A stretch of 50,436 nt of DNA from an uncultured Solobacterium sp. (GCA_938041275.1 CALISH010000055.1:1-50436), one strand, 5' to 3'. Counted from the first letter of the stretch, positions 9,310 to 18,062 are shown. Notes: a model not told the origin generated them from the sequence alone. Translations and numbers: made by a program.

Positions 9310-10049
9310 AAAGAGATTTATTTGAAGTATGTGCTGGAAGTGTACAGGATTGTATCAATGCACAACTTGGTGGTGCAGACCGTGTTGAATTAAATAGTGC
9401 TTTACATCTTGGTGGATTAACACCTAGTCTTGCGATGTTAAAACTTGTAAAAGAAAAGACATCACTTAAGGTTATCTGCATGGATAGACCTCGAGCAGCT
9501 GGATTTTGTTATGATGATGTCGAAATAGAGACGATGTTTGAAGATGCTAAAATCTTATTGGAGAATGGAGCAGATGGAATCTCTTTTGGTTTTCTAAATT
9601 CTGATGCGACAATCAATGTGACAGAAACAAAAAAGATGGTGGAGTTAATCCATCAGTATCAAAAGGAAGCAGTGTTCCATCGTGCATTTGATTGTGTGGA
9701 TGACCCTATGCATGCGATCAAACAACTAATTGATTGTGGTGTTGATCGTATCTTAACAAGCGGGTTACAACCTACTGCAATGCAAGGAGCATCAGTGCTC
9801 AAAAAATTACAGAGTGAGTTTGGTGATCAGATTGAACTACTTGCGGGTAGTGGAATTAATGCGAATAATATTAGAGCGTTAAAAGAACAAACAGGATTAC
9901 ATCAATTCCATGGTAGCTGTAAGGAATGGTGTAAAGATCCTACTACAACAGTTGGAAATGTAAGTTATGCCTATCACGAAAGTGATGACTATGATTGCGT
10001 TAGTTTGGAAAAGGTAAAATGTATCGTACAGGAATTGAGAGGTAAGTAA
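9306..10049 (+). CDS. cutC: Copper homeostasis CutC-family TIM-barrel protein
   Basis: EVC, GADRVELNSAL..GGLTPS, RPRAAGFCY, FHRAFD, RILTSG. Real start is ATG 9306, overlapping the upstream stop (ATGA). Confidence 0.9.
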   Translation: MKRDLFEVCAGSVQDCINAQLGGADRVELNSALHLGGLTPSLAMLKLVKEKTSLKVICMDRPRAAGFCYDDVEIETMFEDAKILLENGADGISFGFLNSDATINVTETKKMVELIHQYQKEAVFHRAFDCVDDPMHAIKQLIDCGVDRILTSGLQPTAMQGASVLKKLQSEFGDQIELLAGSGINANNIRALKEQTGLHQFHGSCKEWCKDPTTTVGNVSYAYHESDDYDCVSLEKVKCIVQELRGK

Positions 10050-10050
10050 A

Positions 10051-10356
10051 ATGGAAGGCTTAGAGTTAATCTGCTTTAAAATTATTGCGTCGGTAGGAGA
10101 AGCAAGAAATTCTCTTTTGAATGCATATCGTCATGCGAAGAGAAAAAATGTGGAGGAAGCCAAGAAGTGTATGCAGGAGGCAGAGGAGTTTTTCAATAAA
10201 GCACACCAAGCACATGCGGAGCTGATTACACAAGAAGCAAATGGTGAGAACATCAGTGTGAATTTGTTGTTGGTTCATGCGGAAGATCAGTTAATGAGTA
10301 TTGAAACACTTAAGATCATCGCGGAAGAGGAGATCTTATTTGCGGAAGGATTATAG
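10051..10356 (+). CDS. PTS lactose/cellobiose-family EIIA
   Basis: II..VGEAR, AHQAH..LITQEA, LLVHAEDQLM motifs. Confidence 0.95.
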   Translation: MEGLELICFKIIASVGEARNSLLNAYRHAKRKNVEEAKKCMQEAEEFFNKAHQAHAELITQEANGENISVNLLLVHAEDQLMSIETLKIIAEEEILFAEGL

Positions 10357-10358
10357 GC

Positions 10359-10979
10359 ATGGGTAAAAATAAGCAACTAAGAAAGAAAACAACAGAAAAC
10401 ACACAAAATAATCAAAATGCTTTTCTTGCAAGAAGAGGATTTGCGTTTGTCATCGATTTTATTATTACAAATCGTTTGTCACTCTTTGTGACAGGAATTG
10501 TATATGGATTGATGAATAACGGAAATATTCAGATTCTCAACGGGTTTGAAGGTATACAGCCAACACAGATTATCGTGTTATTGTTAAGTGTGCTTGTCAC
10601 ACATGGATTCTACTTTGTCTTTGTGCCTGCCAAGATTACGGGTGGTTCAACGATGATGCAGAAGGTAATGCAGGTTAAAGTTGTGCGTGAAGATGGCAAC
10701 CCAGCTACATTAAAAGATTTTGCGTTACGTTACTTCGTAGGATCTGTTTTATGCGAGGGTTTATTCTATGATGCCTTTGGTGTCATTCTAAGCGGTATAT
10801 TCTTCGGCATTTTTATGGCAGAAGATATCAGTCGTATCATTTATATCGTTAGTGCAATTAGCAGTGTTCTTTCGCTAATTATGGCATTGATGGATAAAGG
10901 AAAATATCGATTCTTCCATGACAAGATTTCGAAAACAATCATGAAAGATGAATATGTCCCAAGCGGCAAGGTACTATAG
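10359..10979 (+). CDS. RDD-family membrane protein
   Basis: RRGFAFVID, G.T..QK.M.VKVV..DG, R.FHDKISKT motifs. Confidence 0.8.
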   Translation: MGKNKQLRKKTTENTQNNQNAFLARRGFAFVIDFIITNRLSLFVTGIVYGLMNNGNIQILNGFEGIQPTQIIVLLLSVLVTHGFYFVFVPAKITGGSTMMQKVMQVKVVREDGNPATLKDFALRYFVGSVLCEGLFYDAFGVILSGIFFGIFMAEDISRIIYIVSAISSVLSLIMALMDKGKYRFFHDKISKTIMKDEYVPSGKVL

Positions 10980-10981
10980 GT

Positions 10982-11025
10982 TTGTGAAATTATCCCATTC
11001 TGATATAAAGAATGGGTTTTTATAT
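10982..11025 (+). repeat. 44-bp hairpin/terminator, left copy flanking mcrBC
   Basis: CCCATTCT/AGAATGGG stem plus T-tract; 34/44 identical (ungapped, by eye) to 14627-14670. Confidence 0.7.
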
Positions 11026-11056
11026 ACGCAATGTATATTGCGAATACCATACTTAG

Positions 11057-11085
11057 TTGAAAGAGTGTGTGACTACACATATAAT
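11057..11085 (+). promoter_or_regulatory. Sigma-A promoter of mcrBC
   Basis: TTGAAA-17 bp-TATAAT; the spacer contains the palindrome TGTGT-GACT-ACACA. Confidence 0.7.
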
Positions 11086-11145
11086 CAAAATAAAGATACA
11101 CAACTATAAATAATCAGATACGTTATATAACAAGGGGAGAAAATA

Positions 11146-13230
11146 ATGGCTATTCCAAAAATTGAAAAAGAAAGTATATTATCTGCATTAAAATTTATTG
11201 ATGAATATGGTATTCCTGACAAGCACAAGAGCACACAATATGAACTCGTTAGTAGTGATGGCAAGAAATATCCACCAAAATATGTAATAGCAGTAGCAAA
11301 CCACATTGAAAATGGGGGAGAGATTGTAACAACTGGATATAATGCGGTTGAAGCCAAGAATTATTTTGAATCACATGGATTCAAAATTCAGACGAAACAA
11401 GAGAGATTTGAATTAACTATTACTGCTAATGATATAATCTCAACTGACCCTAGATTTTCTGTTGAAACTATTAAGTTAGGCGATAATTTTAAGGTTATCG
11501 ACACATATTTTGTTTCTTCTAAAAATGAGATTATTAAAAGAAAAAAAGAACGAAAAGAAAAGGAAATCTCTAATCAAACATTGCCTAGACTTGCATTCCA
11601 AATATATGAAGAGGAAATCGATAAACTTACAGATTCAGAAAAAGAGAACTTTCCTGTTTGCAGACATAATGAAAATCAAGAATATCGAGGTATTTTTTTA
11701 ACAAAAGAAGAGTTCGAAAAATATAAGGATTCAAAGGAATACTTGGCTTATACGAGAAGAAATAATGAACAATATTATATCTATTGTTGGAATATTTTTT
11801 CGACATTAGCATTTGTTCAAGAATGCTTGAAAAGATTTGGGAATGAAGGAGACAAATTTATTCTAATTTATAGGGAGAAAACCGAAAAAATAAATATGAA
11901 TAGTGAAAATAATACGGGTATAGACACTGAAGAAAAAAATAGTTTTGAAAACTATAAGAACTCATATTCCAAATTACTATTAGAATCTAAAAATATTGTA
12001 TTTAGAGGTGCACCAGGAACTGGAAAATCATACTTAGCAAAGCAAATAGCTGCAGATATTATTAGTAATGGATATACAGAACAGTACACTGAGTTGACAG
12101 ATGAGCAAAAGCAACAAATAGAGTTTGTTCAATTTCATCCAAGTTATGACTATTCTGATTTTGTGGAAGGTCTGCGTCCAAAGATGAATGAGGATGGAAG
12201 TATTGCGTTCGAATTACGAGATGGAGTTTTTAAATCATTTGTCGAAAAAGCAAGACAAAATTTTGAGAATTCACATAAACCAAAAGAAATTAGGGAGCGA
12301 GAAGCATCAGCGAATACAATCATGACTAATTTCTTTTCGAATATTAGACTAGAAGAAGATGAATTTAAAACAATTAAAGGAAGCAAATTCACAATCACTA
12401 ATATTGATGACAAACGTATCTATATAGCGATTCCGGGGAACGAAACAGTCGATAAACTAAGTTTAAATATTGACGAGATACGTAGGATGCTTGAAGCTGG
12501 ATTGGATTTTGAAAAAGTGAGTGATATTACTAGCTTTTTTGGTAAACAGTTTGCAACACAAAATTACTCCTATGACTATGCGTTATTTAAGGCGATTAAA
12601 GCGAAAACGCTACATGTAACTGAAACTGATGTGGCACCAGAAGAGTTAAAAAAATATATTTTTATTATTGATGAAATTAATCGTGGTGAAATTTCTAAAA
12701 TTCTTGGGGAGTTATTCTTCTCTATCGATCCTGGGTATCGTGGGAAATCTGGCGAAGTATCAACGCAATATTCAAACATGCATGCATATCCAAATGAGAA
12801 ATTTTATATTCCTGAAAATGTTTTTATCATTGGGACAATGAATGACATTGACAGGTCTGTTGATAGTTTTGATTTTGCGATGAGAAGAAGATTTAGATTT
12901 ATTGAAGTGAAAGCTGAATCGACTCAAAATATGCTTGATCTGTTAGGAGATGTGCAACTAAGAAGAGAGGCTTTAGCAAGAATGGATAGATTAAATGAAG
13001 AGATTCTCAAAGTTGATGATTTAAATGAAAACTATCAGATTGGTGCAGCATATTTCCTTAAGCTTAAGAATATAAGCTTTGATGACTTATGGAATGATTA
13101 TTTAAAACCTTTATTACAGGATTATGTGCATGGATTATATGATGAACAAGGTATCATGAAGAGATTTGCCAAAGCATATGGATACCAGGCTTCAGATGAA
13201 GGTGACGCAGATGAAGCAAGTCAAAATTAA
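11146..13230 (+). CDS. mcrB: McrB-family AAA+ GTPase subunit of a type IV restriction system
   Basis: GAPGTGKS (Walker A), FVQFHPSYDYSDFVEG, IIDEINRG (Walker B), GTMNDIDRS (McrB signature), FAMRRRF; long N-terminal extension. Confidence 0.92.
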   Translation: MAIPKIEKESILSALKFIDEYGIPDKHKSTQYELVSSDGKKYPPKYVIAVANHIENGGEIVTTGYNAVEAKNYFESHGFKIQTKQERFELTITANDIISTDPRFSVETIKLGDNFKVIDTYFVSSKNEIIKRKKERKEKEISNQTLPRLAFQIYEEEIDKLTDSEKENFPVCRHNENQEYRGIFLTKEEFEKYKDSKEYLAYTRRNNEQYYIYCWNIFSTLAFVQECLKRFGNEGDKFILIYREKTEKINMNSENNTGIDTEEKNSFENYKNSYSKLLLESKNIVFRGAPGTGKSYLAKQIAADIISNGYTEQYTELTDEQKQQIEFVQFHPSYDYSDFVEGLRPKMNEDGSIAFELRDGVFKSFVEKARQNFENSHKPKEIREREASANTIMTNFFSNIRLEEDEFKTIKGSKFTITNIDDKRIYIAIPGNETVDKLSLNIDEIRRMLEAGLDFEKVSDITSFFGKQFATQNYSYDYALFKAIKAKTLHVTETDVAPEELKKYIFIIDEINRGEISKILGELFFSIDPGYRGKSGEVSTQYSNMHAYPNEKFYIPENVFIIGTMNDIDRSVDSFDFAMRRRFRFIEVKAESTQNMLDLLGDVQLRREALARMDRLNEEILKVDDLNENYQIGAAYFLKLKNISFDDLWNDYLKPLLQDYVHGLYDEQGIMKRFAKAYGYQASDEGDADEASQN

Positions 13231-14533
13231 AGATAATCAATATATAGAGAAAGAGACATTTTCTGAGGTCGCAAATATTGTAAAGCGTGTTGCAGATAAG
13301 ACATTAGGTGATCTTCAAACTGAAGGGGTTTTTGTATTTCCCGAGTGTATGAATGACGCAAAGGATATTACAAGAGAACAGTTTATTCTTCAAAGTTATA
13401 ATGATAAGTACTGTACTGGAAACGTAATGGGTTTTCTTGGGATGGGGTCTGAAAGAATTGTTATCGAATCTAGGTTTAGTGTAGGAGACAAGGATTATTT
13501 CTTTCAGTATCTATTAGAAAAAGTCTTAGATTATCCTAATTTTGTAAATCTATGTACAGATATGAATCAAGATGATATGGTTTATCATCTGTTATTATTT
13601 TTATTTCCATATTATCTTAAGAGTGCAATGCGAAAAGGTCCTTTTAAAACTTATATCTGTAAGAAATACAATGATAGAAATATAAATGGTGTACTTGATA
13701 TAGCAAGACATATACGATTGAATACTCCTTTTATTGGAAATGTATCGTATAACCAAAGAGAATATTCTTTTGATAATTATCTAATGGAACTTATCCGACA
13801 TACGATTGAGTATATAAAAGGGAAATCGTATGGATATGCACTTTTGAAAAACGTCAAGGATGAAGTGAAATCAATTATTGAATCAACACAGGGGTATTGT
13901 GCATCAGAGCGAAGAACAATCATAGAAGAAAATAAAAAGAATAAACTAAGTCATGCGTATTACCACGAATACAGGAGCTTACAAAAGCTTTGTATTATGA
14001 TTCTGCAAAATCAGAAACATAGATTTGGACTTGGGAATAGGCGAATCTACGGAATCTTATTTGATGGGGCCTGGTTATGGGAAGAATATATTAATACTCT
14101 CATTGGAGAACAGTTCTATCATCCTATGAATAAAGCTAGAAGTGGACAGCAAAAACTTTTTTCTGATGGTTCAGGATGGATTTATCCGGATTTTATTGGA
14201 AAGAATTCTGCAAATAGAATAATAGTGGACGCAAAGTATAAACCAATAGAAAATATTGCAAGCGGCGATTATCTGCAAGTATTAGCTTATATGTTCAGAT
14301 TTGATGCGAAATGGGGATATTATATTTATCCGGATATTTGTAATTCAAATGTCAAAGAATTGATGCTGAATCAAGGAGTTACATTTGAAGATAGTGTAAG
14401 TTCTAGAGAAAATGTTGGTGTAAGAAAAGTTGGCTTATATATTCCTTGTGCGTGTGATAATTACCAAGAATTTGTTAATCAAATTCAAAAGAGTGAGGAA
14501 AAGTTAAAACAGCAATTCAAGGAAGATTTATAG
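13211..14533 (+). CDS. mcrC: McrC-family PD-(D/E)XK nuclease subunit
   Basis: GNVMGF, LFDGAWLWEEY, YPDF...IVDAKYK, DYLQVLAYM. Start at MKQVKI with RBS GAAGGTGA, overlapping the mcrB end. Confidence 0.9.
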   Translation: MKQVKIKDNQYIEKETFSEVANIVKRVADKTLGDLQTEGVFVFPECMNDAKDITREQFILQSYNDKYCTGNVMGFLGMGSERIVIESRFSVGDKDYFFQYLLEKVLDYPNFVNLCTDMNQDDMVYHLLLFLFPYYLKSAMRKGPFKTYICKKYNDRNINGVLDIARHIRLNTPFIGNVSYNQREYSFDNYLMELIRHTIEYIKGKSYGYALLKNVKDEVKSIIESTQGYCASERRTIIEENKKNKLSHAYYHEYRSLQKLCIMILQNQKHRFGLGNRRIYGILFDGAWLWEEYINTLIGEQFYHPMNKARSGQQKLFSDGSGWIYPDFIGKNSANRIIVDAKYKPIENIASGDYLQVLAYMFRFDAKWGYYIYPDICNSNVKELMLNQGVTFEDSVSSRENVGVRKVGLYIPCACDNYQEFVNQIQKSEEKLKQQFKEDL

Positions 14534-14626
14534 TGTGTATGATACAAATGAGGATTCAAGTAAAGATATGTTGAGTACTATAATAATTTATGGTTTGCTA
14601 TTTGCATCTATAGTAAAAAAGCTTCA

Positions 14627-14670
14627 TTGTGAAAAAAATCCATTTGCGCATAAAGAATGGATTTTTATAT
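14627..14670 (+). repeat. 44-bp hairpin/terminator, right copy flanking mcrBC
   Basis: AAAAATCCATT/AATGGATTTTT stem; diverged direct repeat of 10982-11025. Confidence 0.7.
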
Positions 14671-14751
14671 GCATGCATGGTTACAATGTATGGAAGATAA
14701 TCATAAAATATTGGCTATTAGATTGTGTGATATTCAACTTTACATGAGGGA

Positions 14752-14780
14752 TTGAAATGAAAGTCGAGATTTGCTATACT
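14752..14780 (+). promoter_or_regulatory. Sigma-A promoter (extended -10) of the AEC transporter/dehydrogenase operon
   Basis: TTGAAA-17 bp-TATACT with a TGn extension. Confidence 0.7.
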
Positions 14781-14828
14781 AAGTCGCGTAAATATTGAAA
14801 TATATATTTGAAAGAAGGGGACTATTAC

Positions 14829-15899
14829 ATGAATTTCTTTGATATCTTTGTAAAGACATTATCAAATGAAAAGATCAGTTCGGCTATTATTTCTAGCGTA
14901 GCTATTATCCTATTAGGTTATGTTATGCGTCGCAAGAAGGTATTCGATGATCGCACAGCGAAAGTATTAACACAGGTTGTACTTTCAGTATCAATTGCTG
15001 CATTGGCATTTAAGTCATTTATGGCGCCAATCAAACCAGAAACATTTACACAAGGTTTAAATGTATTAATCTGGGGTATCGTAATTTACATCTTACTCAT
15101 CTTCTTAACAATTCCGCTCTATGCGAAGTTTGAAGGTGATGAACAGGATGCTTTACGTGTACTAAGTATCTTCGGTTCTACAACATTCTTTGGAATTCCT
15201 ATCGTAAGTGCAATCTATGGTGCAGAAGGTGCGTTATACGCTTCTATCTTCAACATTGGTTACAGAATCTTCTTATATTCTTATGGATATATCAAGATGA
15301 GTGGATTAAAGATGACATCTAAGAACATCAAGTCTATGTTCTTAAATCCAATCGTTATCGCTACATTCTTAGGTCTATTCTTGTGGTTAGCACAAGCATA
15401 TTTACCACAGGTTACTGTAGCTGTTAAGGATGCGACATCAGGTGAAATGGTTAATAAGTCTGTTTCATTCATGCGTTTAGACCTTACATCTCCACAGATT
15501 ACTCAGATTTTAACTTATTTGGCAGGTTTATCTTCTCCACTTGCTTGGTTAGCAATTGGTTCTACACTTGGTTCAGTAAACTTCAAGGATGCGATGACAG
15601 ACAAGAAGGCACTGTACTATACATTTATTAAGTTATTGATTATCCCTGCATTCAACATTGTTGTATTAGCAATCTTAACAGTAACTCATATCTTACCAGT
15701 TAACCTTGTTTCTTTAGGTACAACAGTTATTATGATGGCTACACCTCCAGCAACAGTTGCGGCTTCTTATGCAATTCGTTTTGATAAGGGTGCCCTCGTT
15801 GCGTCTAACACTTCATTGATTGCGACATTAGCAGCTGTTATTATGGCTCCTATTTGGATTGTTATCGTTGAATTAATTGGACATTTAGGAATCTTTTAA
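14829..15899 (+). CDS. AEC (malate permease/auxin efflux carrier) family transporter
   Basis: FGSTTFFGIPI, NPIVIAT, SPLAWLAIG, MMATPPATVAA motifs; start at MNFFD after RBS GAAGGGG. Confidence 0.9.
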   Translation: MNFFDIFVKTLSNEKISSAIISSVAIILLGYVMRRKKVFDDRTAKVLTQVVLSVSIAALAFKSFMAPIKPETFTQGLNVLIWGIVIYILLIFLTIPLYAKFEGDEQDALRVLSIFGSTTFFGIPIVSAIYGAEGALYASIFNIGYRIFLYSYGYIKMSGLKMTSKNIKSMFLNPIVIATFLGLFLWLAQAYLPQVTVAVKDATSGEMVNKSVSFMRLDLTSPQITQILTYLAGLSSPLAWLAIGSTLGSVNFKDAMTDKKALYYTFIKLLIIPAFNIVVLAILTVTHILPVNLVSLGTTVIMMATPPATVAASYAIRFDKGALVASNTSLIATLAAVIMAPIWIVIVELIGHLGIF

Positions 15900-15918
15900 T
15901 TAAGAATAGTATTATAAT

Positions 15919-15942
15919 AAAGCGGGATAAATATCCCGCTTT
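15919..15942 (+). terminator. Intercistronic hairpin
   Basis: AAAGCGGGAT-AAAT-ATCCCGCTTT. Confidence 0.5.
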
Positions 15943-15971
15943 CATAAATAATAAACAGAAGGAGTAAAATT

Positions 15972-16988
15972 ATGTCATTTAAAGTAGTATGTTATGGTGT
16001 TCGTCCAAATGAAGTAGAGTTTTTCCACAAGTATAATAAGTATAACTATGACTTAAAGCTTGTTGAGGGTTTAACAACTCATGAGAATATCACTGAGTGT
16101 GAAGGTGCTGACGCAGTCTTATTACGTGGTAACTGTGTTGCGGATCGTCAGAACTTAGAGAAGTTAAAGGGATATGGAATCAAGTACGTATTTACACGTA
16201 CTGTAGGGTTCAACCATATTGATTTACAGGCTGCTGCAGATTTAGGTTTAATCGTTGCACGTGTTCCTGGATATTCTCCAAACGCTATCGCTGAATTATC
16301 CTTAACATTAGGTATGATGTTATTACGTCATACAGCTGCTGCTACTAGTGCAACTGCTGCTGGTGACTTCGTTGTTTCACCAACATATTTCTCTAAGGAA
16401 ATTCGTAACTGTACAGTAGGTATTATCGGTACAGGTAGAATTGGCTTCACAGAAGCTAAGATGTATAAGGGCTTAGGCGCTAAGGTGATTGGTTATGATG
16501 TGTATGAAAATGATGCATGCAGAGAAGTACTTGACTATGTAACTCTGGATGAATTACTTGCACAGTCTGATATCGTTAGCTTGCACGTTCCTTACTTCCC
16601 TGGTCAAAACGATAAGATGGCTAACGCTGAATTCTTCAGCAAGATGAAGGATGGTTCAATCTTCTTAAATACTGCTCGTGGTGAATTACAGGATAACGAA
16701 GCAATCTTAGCTGCTCTTAAGTCTGGTAAGTTAGATGGATATGGAACAGACGTATTCGCTAACGAAACATCATTCTTCTTCAAGAAGTTAGTTAGTGCTG
16801 CAGAGATTTCTGATCCTACTGTTCGTGAACTTGTACAGATGTATCCAAAGGTATTGGTAACACCACATATTGGCTCTAATACAGATGAAGCTTTAGCAAA
16901 CATGATTGAATACTCGATGGATAACTTCAATGAGATTCTAACTACAGGTACTACAAAGAATCTTATAGCTCTTCCTGAAGCTAAATAA
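15972..16988 (+). CDS. NAD-dependent D-2-hydroxyacid dehydrogenase, (R)-2-hydroxyglutarate dehydrogenase (HgdH)-like
   Basis: GTGRIG Rossmann motif, NTARGEL, TPHIG; CYGVR, LRGNC, YSPNAIAEL and FSKEIRNCTVG match my recollection of Acidaminococcus HgdH. Confidence 0.88.
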   Translation: MSFKVVCYGVRPNEVEFFHKYNKYNYDLKLVEGLTTHENITECEGADAVLLRGNCVADRQNLEKLKGYGIKYVFTRTVGFNHIDLQAAADLGLIVARVPGYSPNAIAELSLTLGMMLLRHTAAATSATAAGDFVVSPTYFSKEIRNCTVGIIGTGRIGFTEAKMYKGLGAKVIGYDVYENDACREVLDYVTLDELLAQSDIVSLHVPYFPGQNDKMANAEFFSKMKDGSIFLNTARGELQDNEAILAALKSGKLDGYGTDVFANETSFFFKKLVSAAEISDPTVRELVQMYPKVLVTPHIGSNTDEALANMIEYSMDNFNEILTTGTTKNLIALPEAK

Positions 16989-16999
16989 TCATCTTACTT

Positions 17000-17028
17000 A
17001 AGATACTCGAGAGAGTATCTTTTGTTTT
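17000..17028 (+). terminator. Rho-independent terminator
   Basis: AAGATACTC-GAGA-GAGTATCTT followed by Ts. Confidence 0.75.
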
Positions 17029-17069
17029 CCTGGGAAATGATATAATTTGAATATACAGGAGAGTTTAGT

Positions 17070-17537
17070 ATGAACACAAAACAAGCTGCTCAAAAATGGG
17101 GATGTTCTGTAAAGACAGTGACGAAGTTATGTGCGGATGGTGTGATTCCGTTAGCAGAAAAAGATGAACGGGGTAGATGGGTGATTCCTGATGGATGTGA
17201 GAAACCACCAGTCTCTCGTTTTCGTCTTTGTTTTCTGATGGATATGATTAACCAACTCAAAGAAGGGGTAATCTTTCAACAGGTTAAATGGGGCATTAGT
17301 GAAAAAGAATTACAAGATGGTTATCAGTATCTGATTGAAAATGCGATGGTTTCTTCTTTTGATGTGCATCAACTAGAGAAAGAACTTCCAAATGCCAAAA
17401 TTACCTCACGTGGGAAAGCGCTGATGGAAAGAGAAAATAAAGAAGGCACAAGCCAACGCAAATTCAACGTGAATTTTAAAATTAATACTGGTGTATTCAG
17501 CTTTGAAACGGGCTATGAAAGCACGAAAGGGAATTAA
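17070..17537 (+). CDS. Helix-turn-helix (excisionase/MerR-like HTH_17) domain protein
   Basis: MNTKQAAQKWGCSVKTVTKLCADG.IP.A.K...G.W.IP pattern; RBS AGGAGA. Confidence 0.75.
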   Translation: MNTKQAAQKWGCSVKTVTKLCADGVIPLAEKDERGRWVIPDGCEKPPVSRFRLCFLMDMINQLKEGVIFQQVKWGISEKELQDGYQYLIENAMVSSFDVHQLEKELPNAKITSRGKALMERENKEGTSQRKFNVNFKINTGVFSFETGYESTKGN

Positions 17538-17538
17538 T

Positions 17539-18057
17539 ATGGAGAGGATTGAAACGGAACGTTTAATTCTACGCCAGTTTGAATCCTCTGATAAAGATGA
17601 TTTGTTTGAAATCATGTCGGATGAACAGACAAGTTTAGATGATGGTGGTTATCATGCAAGTAAGTCGCAAGATCAACAGTATCTAGCTTTGATGGAAATT
17701 CTATGTCGGCAACAGCGGTTTAGTATCATCTTGAAGGAAAATCAAAAGATGATAGGAATGATTAATCTTCAAGATGACGATAGAGCAGTTTCATCGTATG
17801 AACTAGGTTTTGTGATGAATCCGAACTATCGTAGAAGAGGATATACATACGAAGCAGTACAGGCAGTGATGAACTATTATTTTGAACATAATCTGGTACA
17901 GATGTTTAGTGTATCCTGTTTTCCTTACAACAAAGCCTCACAGCATTTAATTGAGAAGTTAGGCTTTGTGTATGAGGGGAGAGAACATAAGGGATTGAAT
18001 CATGCGGTTTATGGTCCAATTGACTTATTATGTTATTATAAGGATAAAGATGAGTAG
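17539..18057 (+). CDS. GNAT acetyltransferase (RimJ/RimL type)
   Basis: IETERLILRQF, ELGFVMNP.YRRRGY, N.AS..LIEKLGF.YEG; start at MERIET. Confidence 0.9.
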   Translation: MERIETERLILRQFESSDKDDLFEIMSDEQTSLDDGGYHASKSQDQQYLALMEILCRQQRFSIILKENQKMIGMINLQDDDRAVSSYELGFVMNPNYRRRGYTYEAVQAVMNYYFEHNLVQMFSVSCFPYNKASQHLIEKLGFVYEGREHKGLNHAVYGPIDLLCYYKDKDE

Positions 18058-18062
18058 GTAAG

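Noticed and set aside
9306..10049. cutC as choline TMA-lyase
   Set aside because: Name collision: this is the ~250-aa TIM-barrel CutC, not the large glycyl-radical enzyme, and no cutD is present.
10982..10999. TTGTGAA at the start of the flanking repeats as Rex operators
   Set aside because: The right half-site (TTCACAA) is absent in both copies.
14535..14747. 70-aa ORF after mcrC as a third defence gene
   Set aside because: GTG start without a convincing RBS, runs through the terminator/repeat hairpin, no recognisable motif.
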